Origin: Carpediemonas membranifera BICM
Taxonomy: Eukaryota > Protista > Fornicata
Direction of reading: 5' to 3'
Length of the DNA: 64,000 nucleotides
Assembly (NCBI GenBank): GCA_019828565.1
Contig: JAHDYR010000035.1
Location: 62,001-126,000, forward strand
The notes below the pieces were generated by a model. It did not search any database. It saw nothing but the letters and a program-made list of their open reading frames with translations, and had not been told where the DNA came from. Position numbers and translations under genes: made by a program. Shown in pieces: positions 1 through 9,675 of this stretch (positions are counted from its first letter, which is position 1; each line of letters starts with the position of its first letter).

Positions 1-142
1 TTGCCGCAGAAGGAACACGTAGGGCGCGGAGCCGCGGAGTGGGCGTTGGGGCCCGGGCGTTCAGCGGCGCGTAGGCGGTCCCCCTCGCGGGTGACCTGTT
101 CCACGTGCCGAGCCTGCTCTATGGCGGCGCGGAAAGTGGCGT
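1..142 (-). pseudogene. 3' part of the gag of an outer LTR retrotransposon, interrupted by the element at 143-4825
   Basis: Removing 143-4825 and one GCGT restores the frame ...RRDLDA|TFRAAIEQARHVEQVTREGDRLRAAERPGPNAHSAAPRPTCSFCG, which ends in the CxxC start of a zinc knuckle at the window edge. Confidence 0.75.
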
Positions 143-199
143 TGTGCCATTGTTGGCTTGCGCAGGTAGATCTGTTTACATAAACTGCACTGGCTCTCA
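143..199 (-). repeat. 3' LTR of Gypsy-A (57 bp)
   Basis: Exact match to 4769-4825; TG...CA termini. Confidence 0.95.
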
Positions 200-210
200 C
201 TTCCCTCCTC
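200..210 (-). promoter_or_regulatory. Polypurine tract of Gypsy-A
   Basis: GAGGAGGGAAG on the minus strand directly abuts the 3' LTR. Confidence 0.85.
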
Positions 211-227
211 AAGGCGAAGCTAGCCAG

Positions 228-1979
228 CTAACGGCGGCCATTGCCCCGGAACTTCCGCTTGTAACGTGCGAAGAGGGGCGTGAGACCTGGGTTGAGGCGT
301 AGGTAGTCATCCAGGGCGGCGAGGCGGTCGTAATATGCGTTATACGGAATGTACGAGTCCTCGGAGTCTTCTAGGCCTTCCCAGTGGACGAGGAGCTCGA
401 GGCGTCGGTTGCGCTCGCGGTGGCCGACGATGGCGGAGACTTGTTGTTCGTCTTGTTCGTATGCGGCGATGCGCTCGAGTGTCTTGAGGTCTGCTGTGCC
501 TGGGTCGAAGCGAATGAGGCGGTCCTGGTGGACGAGCAGCTCGGACTTGGTGACGAGGTCACGGAGGACGAATGTGTTGGGGCTCTTCCCTTCCCTGAGG
601 AGTTGTAGCGGGCCGCGGACTGGAGGCAGAATCTTGGATGGGGCCTTGTGAGGATATCTCAGGAGCACTAGGCGTTCGAGTTTCCAGTCGAAGTTGTCCG
701 CCGGTTGGGTTTGTGCGGCCTTGTGACGCTCGTATGCGGCGATCTTCGCGCGGGCTGCGTCGTGCATGGCCTGTATGTCGGTGTGGAATGCGTTAATGGC
801 CTGGATGGTAGGTGTGTCTTGCGTCGCCTTGGCGGCGCTGATGATGCGTGACTCCGGGAGGGCCGTGAGCGCGGACGTGTGTCCGAAAAGCAGCTCGAAC
901 GGCGTGAAGCCGGTAGTCGAGTGTGTCGAAGTGTTGATAATGTGTTGCACGATTGGGATAAGTGCGGGCCAGTCGGTCGTTTCTGAGTCTAGTAGCAGGG
1001 CGCGCAGTCTGCGCATGATGGTCCCATTGACTCTCTCGACAACGCCGTTACTCTGTGGGTGGTACGCCGTGGAGAACCTGTGGTTCAGGCTGATCTTCTT
1101 GTTGAGAGCGGCGATGGTTGAGTTCTTGAACTGACTTCCCTGGTCTGTCTGGATCAGGCTGGGTGCGCCGAAGAGCGACCACACCTGGAGCATCGCGTCG
1201 GCGGCTTCTTCTGCCGAGGTTGACGCAACCGGCTTGAGCACAGTGAACTTGCTGAAGACGTCGATGAACACGATCACGTGAGCGAGGCCATTCGTCTTTG
1301 GAAGCGGGCCGAGCGTGTCTATCTGCACCGCCTCGAATGGGCGGGTCTTCTGGGTCGTATGCCACTGGGCCTTGGCGATGGGGTGGGATTTGAGCTTCTG
1401 GCAGACTGGGCAAGTCGCGACGTGCTCCGCGACGTCTGAGTTCATGGAAGACCAGGTCTTGCCGGCTTCCTTGAGATGGGCGATCGTTTGTTTGATCGAA
1501 GCATGGCCGTTGGCTCCAGCGTGGGCCTGCTGAATGTCGAAGCGGTGGGTGCTGCTGGCGATTTCGCTGATCGCCGCGCCGCTGGGGCGGGAGAGGGCGT
1601 CCGCGACGACGTTATTTGTCCCTGCGATATGCATGATGTCGAAGGGGTACTCGGATAGGATGAGTCTCCATCGCGTGAGCTTGCGCGTCCCTTCCTCAGC
1701 CTTGCGAATCATCCACACGATGTTCTTGTGATCTGTGAGTACGGTGAATGGCTTCAGCTTGAGAATCTGGCTAAACTCTGGCCGGGTGATGCAGTATATG
1801 ACTGCGTAGAGCTCTTGCTCGACCGTCGCCCAGCGGCGTTGGGTCTCTGTGAACGTCTTTGAGAAGTACGCGAGGGGTTTCTTCGTGTCGCCCTCGTGTT
1901 GCCACAGCACTCCGCCGGCTGCGATTGTGGACGCGTCTGTCTCAAGTGTCCACTTGCAGGTCAGGTTGGGTAGTGCCAA
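228..1979 (-). CDS. Pol C-terminal part: RNase H, integrase, chromodomain
   Basis: ETDAS / EQELYA / TDHKN / NVVADALSR (RNase H); H..H..CPVC; IDTLGP, TDQGSQF, QSNGVVER (DDE); VSAIVGHR..LVHWEG (chromodomain). Joined to the upstream ORF by a frameshift near the G-run at about 2090. Confidence 0.95.
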   Translation of the reverse strand: MALPNLTCKWTLETDASTIAAGGVLWQHEGDTKKPLAYFSKTFTETQRRWATVEQELYAVIYCITRPEFSQILKLKPFTVLTDHKNIVWMIRKAEEGTRKLTRWRLILSEYPFDIMHIAGTNNVVADALSRPSGAAISEIASSTHRFDIQQAHAGANGHASIKQTIAHLKEAGKTWSSMNSDVAEHVATCPVCQKLKSHPIAKAQWHTTQKTRPFEAVQIDTLGPLPKTNGLAHVIVFIDVFSKFTVLKPVASTSAEEAADAMLQVWSLFGAPSLIQTDQGSQFKNSTIAALNKKISLNHRFSTAYHPQSNGVVERVNGTIMRRLRALLLDSETTDWPALIPIVQHIINTSTHSTTGFTPFELLFGHTSALTALPESRIISAAKATQDTPTIQAINAFHTDIQAMHDAARAKIAAYERHKAAQTQPADNFDWKLERLVLLRYPHKAPSKILPPVRGPLQLLREGKSPNTFVLRDLVTKSELLVHQDRLIRFDPGTADLKTLERIAAYEQDEQQVSAIVGHRERNRRLELLVHWEGLEDSEDSYIPYNAYYDRLAALDDYLRLNPGLTPLFARYKRKFRGNGRR

Positions 1980-2034
1980 TGCCTTGTTGTCGGTGCACAG
2001 CTCCTTCAGAGCCGCGAATGCCTTGTCGTGTTCC

Positions 2035-4776
2035 TCAGTCCAAGGGAGCTTGTCTAGCTTCTTGGGTGACCCCTTGAGGAGGGCGTTGAGGGGGGGCTGT
2101 GGCTGAGCTGAGTTGCGGGAGGTAGTTTGCGAGGTGGTTAAACTTGCCCATCGTGCGTCTGAGCTCTGTGACGGTGGTGGGGGCGGGCAGCTCCTTCAGC
2201 GCGGCGACGCGGCCTGGGCTCACCGAGCGGCCGGAGCTGTTGATGATGAATCCGCAGACCTCCACTTCGGCGGCGCCGATGGTACATTTGTCCGCGCGGA
2301 GGCGCAGGCGGTTGTCCTTGGCTCTCTGGAGGGTGAGTCTCAGGGTGTTGAGGAATCCTTCTTCGGTCCGTGCGTAGAGGAATATGTCATCCACGTAGGC
2401 CCGGTGGCCGGGGATGCCATCTAGCACGGCCTCCATCGCTCGTTGAAACTTGGAGGGGTCGTTCTTAAGTCCAAACGGGACCCTGAGGAACTCGAATTGA
2501 TGCCCGGGGACTACGAACGAGGTAAGGTGGATGCTGGCCGGCTCCATCAGCTGCTGCCAGTATCCGGACCGGAGATCGAGTGATGCAAAGTAAGAGCATC
2601 CGCCGGCTTCGTGGGGCAGGTCCCTCAGATCAGGGAGGGGAAAGGCGTCGTCCTTCGTGGCGTCGTTAAGATCGTTGAATGCGACGCAGAAGCGGGGTTC
2701 GCCGTTCTTCTTGGTTGCCATCGTGTGGCGGCTGGCGTGCTCGGACTGGCTGTCTCGTATGATGCCGAGCTTCTTCATCTTCTCGATCTCGGAGAGGGCG
2801 GCTGAGCCAGCCTCTCCGACAAGCTGTCGAGGACGGCACTTGAGGTGAAAATCGCGTGTGAGTTCGATCTTGTGAGGCTGTAGTTTGCTGCCTTCGGGCG
2901 GGAGAGCCGGGTCGAACACCTCATCGAACTCCTCGACGATGCTTCGGACCTTGTTGGCGAACTCGGTGCCGTGGTCGTCCGGGATCGTGACGGCGAGCGA
3001 ATGCTTCGAGTCCGAGGTTGACGCCGCTTCGAAGACGTCGGCGTCGATCATGTTGTGCTCTTCTAGATCGTCCTTATCATCCGGCTTCTCGGACGGGAGT
3101 ATCAGTAGGCGGTCGTTGAGGACGTAGCCGATGTACCTGAGGAGGTCCTTGCCGATCAGCATCCTGTCGCTGGTGCCTGTGATCATGTGGACGTCCCAGT
3201 CGAGCGTGACGGTTTTGCCATCCATGCCAGGGAGTGTGATGGACATGGTGGCGATCTTGCCCGCGGAGATAACGCGGTCGTCCGCGGCGAACAGGCGGAG
3301 GTCCGACTCGCGCCATTGGATGTTTCCTGGTATCTTTGGGGCGAGGTGCTCGGATATGACGCAGACATCTGCGCCAGTGTCGAGCTTGGCTGGAAGTTGG
3401 ACGGTTCCGGCGACCGTTACGGTTGTCTGTATGGGAATGGAGGTCGTTTGGACCTCGCCGACGGCGCCATCGCGTTGGTTCGCTCCGCAGTCCTTGGTTG
3501 TATGCTTTGAGTTCCAGCCATGCCTGTCACACCAGCGATTGAAAGACTTCGGGATGTAGAAATGCTCCTTGTCCTTAAACTGCTTGAACGGGTCCTGGCC
3601 TTCGACCTTGTGGGCCTTCGGCTTCAGCGGCTGGCCCTCGCGAGCAGAGGTGTCCTTGTTCGAGCACTGACTGTTATCATGCGGTGCCTTATTGTCGGCC
3701 GGGATCGGCTTCGTCTTGGTCGACACGGCATAGGCCTGCCAGGGGACGACGATCTGGCCGAGATGGTCGGTCTCGAGGGTCGAGAGGGCGTCTATGCAGT
3801 CGCGGGCGGGACGCCAGTTGCCGTCCGAATCCCGCTCGATCAGCGCCTCGTATAGCGGGATCGCGTCGTCGTCGTATCCCTTGAGGGCGACAGACCGGAC
3901 CGCAGCGCGGAGGGCGCTGTCGGGGATCTTATGGTAGCCATCGGCCTCGACGACGAGGTTGTACCCGTCGCACGCCTTCTGCAGGCGCAGAGTGTTAAGG
4001 CGGTGGGCCGCGTTCTGGCCGTACAGTTGGGTGCCCTTGCTCGTGATGGCCTTGAGGCGTGCACCGCGGTCGAGTGTTGGCATCAGGGTAAGGTACAGGT
4101 GAGGCAGGATGGTCCTGGCCTCGGCGCGAAGCTGGTCACGCACGGACACGGGGGCGGAGGGGGCGGCCGTTGCCGCTGACGGGAGAGAGTTGACGATTCT
4201 CGCGACATCCGCGGCCGATCGGGCCGGTTTGTCGTCCAGGGGGTTCGTTAGCGTCGCGAAGGTGAGGGTCGCATCCGGGTCCGCCTCGTGGCGGTCGTGG
4301 CTGGCCGTGCAGAGGCTGGCGAGCTTATCGTTCAGCTCGGCCTCGGCGCGGTCGTAAACAGCCTGCATCCGGCGCATCGCCGGGTCGAGAAGCGGGCTGT
4401 CCTTATAGGTGTTGGCGGCTGCAGCACAGAGCAAGAAGAGATCGTCCTGCAGAGCGTCGATGATCGCGCGGTATCTTGCGCGGCACTACGTGGCGTGTCT
4501 GTCAGGTTCTTGCTTGGCGTGTTGTGCCTGCGAGACCACGTCAGGGATAAGGGAGTCCCAGAACGACTCGAAGGTCGGTAACGTGGAGGTGGGCCGCCAT
4601 GTGGCTTGTAGAAGCTCGAGGGTCTTTGCCGTGAATGCGTGGGGGAAAGAACGGGGTCTTTTGACGTTACCGACTTCCCGTAACCAGATCTCGTACCCCG
4701 TTGTGAGGGAAGAGACGTCTATCACGGATAGACCACTGTGTGATTCTGTAGAAGCAGAATATCGATATTGTGCCAT
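2035..4776 (-). CDS. Gag, protease and reverse transcriptase of Gypsy-A (frameshift near 4490)
   Basis: LDTGAD protease motif; LDLRSGYWQ, PFGLKN, YVDD RT motifs; probable ATG at 4776 inside the 5' LTR (MAQYRYSAS...). Confidence 0.9.
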
Positions 4777-4825
4777 TGTTGGCTTGCGCAGGTAGATCTG
4801 TTTACATAAACTGCACTGGCTCTCA
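4769..4825 (-). repeat. 5' LTR of Gypsy-A (57 bp)
   Basis: Exact match to 143-199. Confidence 0.95.
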
Positions 4826-4829
4826 GCGT

Positions 4830-5244
4830 CTAAGTCCCGGCGATCCTGGTAGGTTAAGACGCGATCGCGGAGGCGCTCCGGCTGGATGTGCTGCACGAAA
4901 CAGCGGACGAGTTGCTTGATTGAAGGGCGAACATCGCCGCAGTTCTCAAGCTGCGTCTGATATGCATGGACGTAACGGAGAACGTTGTCCTGAAGGGGAC
5001 CACGAGAGTGGCAGGTAATCCGCTCGAAGCGGTCAAGGGCTTCTCTGCGGTCGATGGGCTGGAAGAGAACGTTGATGCGGCGTAGGATGCGCGAGGATTC
5101 GGCGTCCTCGGGGAAAACGGGAAGAGGATCAGGAATAGGTGCTTCGTCCTCGGTGTCATCATCCGTGGCGTCTTCGAAGTCTTCGTCGCTCTCATCGTCC
5201 TCCTCCATGCTGTCTGGAGGGGGTGTATGGGTGGCAGTATACAC
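4830..5244 (-). pseudogene. 5' part of the gag of the outer LTR retrotransposon
   Basis: Gag-like helical sequence (NVLRYVHAYQTQLENC...FVQHIQPERLRDRV) that continues at 142 once the nested element is removed. Confidence 0.7.
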
Positions 5245-5292
5245 CTACGGAACAGAGGGGCTCTGTCAAAAATGTCCGATTTAGAACGTCTT

Positions 5293-5304
5293 ACTCTGGC
5301 ACCA
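5293..5304 (-). promoter_or_regulatory. Canonical tRNA primer-binding site of the outer LTR element
   Basis: Minus strand ...CTACA|TGGTGCCAGAGT: LTR-terminal CA followed by TGG, upstream of gag. Confidence 0.65.
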
Positions 5305-6150
5305 TGTAGCCCCCTTCCTGATGCACCTTTGAGCACGTGCTTGGCCTGCGATAATTACTTGGCGTCCCGTAAAGCCCAAAAATTAATCAAATCGTCATCA
5401 AATGCGAATTAAAGATGCTGATATTGCTCATGAAACGACTCTGCTGATCAGCTGGGACTCTACGCGGCGATATGGCATGGCAAGTCTCTACACTTTGGAG
5501 TCAATTCGGTCCCATGGTTCCTACCTTGACCCACGTTGTCTCGCGCGCGCGAGGGACTCACTAAAAGGATATATCAACACTGGGAGCAGAAAAAGGCACG
5601 GCGAGATGCAGGCGCTGTTGCTGAGCTCATTTTCCGGATAAGACCCGTTTTTGTCACCTCAACCCATTCATATTGGCGGCTGTTGCTTCGTTTTTGATCA
5701 AATCAAATGGAAACCAAAACGAGATCCGGGAAACGAGGATGATTGGGAGAGATAGACACATCATAAGGTCTTTAATATAGTAATGCACCGTCAATGAGAA
5801 GTTCTTGGTTCCTGAAATGGATTATTGATCCCAAACGCTTTTCTTTGAGGATAACGCACTTATAGCGGTGATTTCCACACAATTCATCCAAATACTGATC
5901 AAAACATCAGAACTGCAAGTAAAATGGGTATAGATCGTTTATCCACGGAGATATCAATTGCTCCCAATCCCAGCTTGCAAGAAAAAAGTTAAGGGGCTGT
6001 ATTGGGGCTTGCACTGATATCTCTATATATGCCGACACAGTCACTGGGCTGCCCATCACTGAACAGCTCTAGCCCAATACAAAAACTTGAGGGCTCGAAG
6101 TTTTGGCCTTCTCGGAAAAGGGTGGCGGAACGCTGCAACACTACAATGCT

Positions 6151-6217
6151 AATGGACAGAGGGGAGGAAGTGGTCCACTGGTATGTCCTATGGGTCGCTT
6201 CTTCCCCTCTGTCCATT
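6151..6217 (+). other. 27-bp stem / 13-nt loop hairpin
   Basis: AATGGACAGAGGGGA pairs perfectly with TCCCCTCTGTCCATT; the next 12 pairs are Watson-Crick or G-U. Confidence 0.8.
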
Positions 6218-6536
6218 TTTTACACGATATCGATTTGCCGGATTTGACACATGTTGTGCGATAACTCCTCGCGTCCAACCACCTCTCCCAAACGATCTGC
6301 AAGATCGACCAGCCCCTGGATCACTTGGGCCTGCCTCCGTGCCCGGCCTGTTGCGATCAATGATGGTGATTACTTGCAACGAACGCGATCACCGGAAATT
6401 ACCTTACCTTACCTTACCTGCAGGTACCATGGGTGTTCGTTTTCGTCTCCAAACGCCATGGTGTAAGAGCATAAAGTGCATTTTCTGTTTACTGTGCCGT
6501 TGGGGATTGATGGCGCTGGCGTAGGGGTGCTGTGTG

Positions 6537-6763
6537 GGAGCCAAGATGAGGGAGCCAAGATGAGGGCGCCAGGGATGAGGCGCCAGGATGAGGGAGCCAA
6601 GATGAGGGCGCCAGGGATGAGGCGCCAGGATGAGGGAGCCAAGATGACGGCGCCAGGGATGAGGCGCCAGGATGAGGGCGCCAGGGATGAGGGAGCCAAG
6701 ATGAGGGCGCCAGGGATGAGGCGCCAGGGATGAGGCGCCAGGATGAGGGAGCCAGGGATGAGG
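6537..6763. repeat. Purine-rich minisatellite (about 42-bp higher-order unit of GATGAGG(G)[AC]GCCA subunits)
   Basis: Directly visible tandem repeats. Confidence 0.9.
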
Positions 6764-6775
6764 AGTACAGTATTT

Positions 6776-6864
6776 GAACCCCGAAAACGCCATATTACCA
6801 GCACCAATGAGCTTCATCAACGAAGATGCGCTCACTGGTGCCGGTTATGGCGTTTTCGGGGTTC
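6776..6864. repeat. Long inverted repeat / hairpin
   Basis: GAACCCCGAAAACGCCATA / TATGGCGTTTTCGGGGTTC perfect 19-bp arms, extended by imperfect inner arms. Confidence 0.9.
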
Positions 6865-7030
6865 GTCGATCATTCTGCTCCCAAATCTGCACCTGTATTT
6901 TCGTGAGCATGCCCGGGAGCTGGGCCAGACGAGTGGTGCCACAGGGACTAAGCTCCGCTGCTCAGCCTCTGCCAGGCGACACTCGTCTGAATTCTGCACG
7001 AAAAAATTCAGACGACGAATGATGGGCAAA

Positions 7031-7119
7031 GGGCCGCGAAAACGCTGAAGTACCAGCGCAAGTAGAGCGGTTTGCAATAAAATAGCTTACTTGCGCTGGT
7101 GCTGGCGTTTTCGGGGCCC
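7031..7119. repeat. Second, related hairpin
   Basis: GGGCCGCGAAAACGC..ACCAGCGCAAGTA / TACTTGCGCTGGT..GCGTTTTCGGGGCCC. Confidence 0.8.
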
Positions 7120-7125
7120 TGAATT

Positions 7126-7400
7126 GCCCCGGGCGCTCTCCCGGGCTCCTCTCCCCCGGGCTCCTCTCTCCCGGGCGCTCTCCCGGGCTCCTCTCCCCCG
7201 CGCTCTTCTCCCCCGGGCGCTCTCCCGGGCTCCTCTCTCCCGCGCTCTTCTCCCCCGGGCGCTCTCCCGGGCTCCTCTCTCCCGCGCTCTTCTCCCCCGG
7301 GCGCTCTCCCGGGCTCCTCTCTCCCGGGCTCCTCTCTCCCGGGCTCTATCCTCCGGGGCTCCTGTCCCCAGCGCTGTTTCCCAGGCGCTCTGCTCTCTCC
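7126..7400. repeat. Pyrimidine-rich minisatellite (CCGGGC(G/TC)CTCTC units)
   Basis: Directly visible tandem repeats; the reverse complement resembles the 6537-6763 array. Confidence 0.9.
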
Positions 7401-8405
7401 AGCGTCCTCACTCGTAAATGTACGTTGCTGTCTTGTCTGCTTGATCTGATTTCATTTAGTGTGCACTTTAGGGGATAGTTTCATTGCAACGCCAAAATGG
7501 CGAGTTCTGGTTGTAGCAATGATCTGATGCGCGGAATGTACTAGAAAACATTGCAATTACAACGCAAAGCAGCGAAAAGCGGAGAAATCAACATCAATAA
7601 CAACATCAACACCAAAAGAACAGTATCCCAAAGAATTGTGGGCGTTGCTGCGCCAAAGAGCAATAAATGACCACAAAGCATTCGCTTATGCACAATTAGC
7701 TGCCAGAAAGAACACTACACCGTTACTTTGGATCATCCCAGTTCGCCGGAGATGACGCAGGTCCAGAACGCTGCCTTGGAGGGCTGGTGAAGCGGTTGTG
7801 TAGCGCTTACTCGCCTGGCCTTTGGGGCTCTCTCAACATCCTTCCAGACTACTGCATTGTCATTCACCGGAGGAGCAGGCCAGAGTCACTTGCCATCTGG
7901 CGCATCATGAGGAGATATTGGAATGTGATGATGTGTTTATTGACTAAATGAGCTGGAATTAGGCGGGTTTGATGTTGCTTACATGCTCTGTGGCATGCCT
8001 GATGTCCAAAGATGTATTTTGGCACAGTGATGTTGTTTAGTGTGCTCATTGCTGACCGCATAGTTATCTGACTTCAATGTGTCGTGTTGATGCCAAGAAA
8101 TCGATGGTAGCTCGCACGTTTGAGGTAGTTGCTTGTTGCATCGATGCAACGCACTTTAAGGATTAACCACCTGCACCCCATAGCCGTTTCCTAAGGCCAG
8201 ATACGGTCCTCTGTAGCGTATATACACGCGTGAATTGGGACTAGATGGGACTAGATGCAGTGTTGTGGCATGCCCGGTCTAGCTGAATCCACAAATGTGG
8301 ATCGGCTCGGGCTGCCGTATAGGTGGCCTGCTCTGGACTTATGGCTGGAGATACAGTTGGCAGGTAGTTGACTCGTACATGCTCATATGGACAACCGACG
8401 GCCAT

Positions 8406-9162
8406 TTACTTCTGGTGCTTTTCCTGCTCTCTCTTCTCCATCAGGTCGTCATACTCGGCCCTCGTCAGCCTCACAGTTGTCATCCCGGCATCACGGATGT
8501 GCTCAAAGGCCTCAACGGGCAGCTTCGGCATCCCGTCGTCGCTGTCGCTGCTGCTGCCCAAGTCTGACTCGCTCTCGTGATAGCGGCGAAGGCGAATGCG
8601 TCTGCTGGGCTCCCTGGTCTTCATAGAGTCATAGAGCGGAGCGAGCCCACTTCCATTGGTCCCGCTACGGACACCCTCATCGGTATCTCTCTCAGACATA
8701 TCACACTCAACCTGTTGTGACTGAACAAATGACAGGTTGTCGACGAGGCTATCCTCGGCATCGCTGTCTGAACTCTCCTCATCCTCCCACTCTCCTTCCA
8801 GCATCTCCAACCCGGCCTCATCGTCAGACTCGCCCTCCACCGCGGTCTCCGGCATCTCTGCCTCGCCAGCTGTCTCGTCAAACAGCGCCTCATCGTCAGA
8901 CTCCCCCTCCCCCGTGTCGTCCCCCTCGGGCTTACGCTGGTCGTGGAGCTGGACCATCCTAATCCTGAGCTTGTTGTAAAGCCAGTCATCGAGCGTCGGC
9001 GGCACCAGGTCGGCAGAGCTTTGGATCTCCGGGTTGAGATCGAGGATCGTTGGGCGTCGCGTGGTCGTTAAGTGACTGGACGCCAACTGGCGCCTGAACT
9101 GCTCATCGGTCAGGCTGATGCGCTTGTCCTTAATGACCTTACGAACCTTGGTCGGATCCCTG
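8406..9162 (-). pseudogene. 5'-truncated paralog of the C-terminal half of ORF 15986-17215
   Basis: TKVRKVIxDKRISLTD..LASSHLTT..RPTIxDLNPEI.SSADLVPP.LD.WLYN shared with 15986-17215; cut off exactly at the TIR-like repeat at 9163. Confidence 0.75.
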
Positions 9163-9222
9163 CATGCTGCGTTTTCCGGTACTCTAACCGGGACTTAAAG
9201 TCCCAGAATCAAGTCCCGGAAT
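9163..9222 (+). repeat. Left terminal-inverted-repeat-like sequence
   Basis: 53/60 identical to the reverse complement of 33555-33613; starts CATGCTG; internal palindrome GGGACTTWAAGTCCC and repeated AAGTCCCRGAAT. Confidence 0.85.
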
Positions 9223-9675
9223 CCTTGATTGATTTTGATCGATGTCGTCGGATCATCCCCAAAGTGGGTGACAGTCTTCTACTAGCCTAGTTCTACCTCT
9301 GGAAACATTATTAGCGCATGTCGATGTCACAAAAAATATTTATGATCGTTTTCCGTATCGTCAGTGCAGGATAAGGTCGCATGACTTGGCCAAAGTCGCT
9401 CTTCAGAACTCGATCGTCTGACACATACAAACGCTAAAAGTGGTTGGCAAAGATGCATTAGACCTTGTATATGACGTGTATAGACAAAATTTCGGGTGTT
9501 GCACTGTCACCTCTGAGGGGTATCCTCTCAAAAAGTGTTGAAACTCCTACTGTAACATCCCCTTGCTGTCCTAGCAACGGAATAGTACTTTATTTACTTC
9601 AACTTTATCCCATTCGATAAAGAAAAGTCAAATTGTGTGAGCAATCTTCAACCTTAAAGTGCACATACAGGCATC

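Larger units (their letters stand above)
143..4825 (-). mobile_element. Complete Ty3/Gypsy chromovirus-like LTR retrotransposon (Gypsy-A)
   Basis: Identical 57-bp TG..CA LTRs (143-199, 4769-4825); 4-bp TSD GCGT (139-142, 4826-4829); polypurine tract; gag-PR-RT-RH-IN-chromodomain order. Confidence 0.95.

Noticed and set aside
349-4581. Numerous antisense ORFs over pol genes
   Set aside because: Shadow ORFs from GC-rich codon usage
6537-7400. CRISPR array or telomeric repeat
   Set aside because: No unique spacers, no cas genes, no short invariant telomere unit
6404-7417. Repetitive ORFs (LAPHPWRPHLGS, RALSRAPL)
   Set aside because: Translations of minisatellites; open in several frames with no coding evidence
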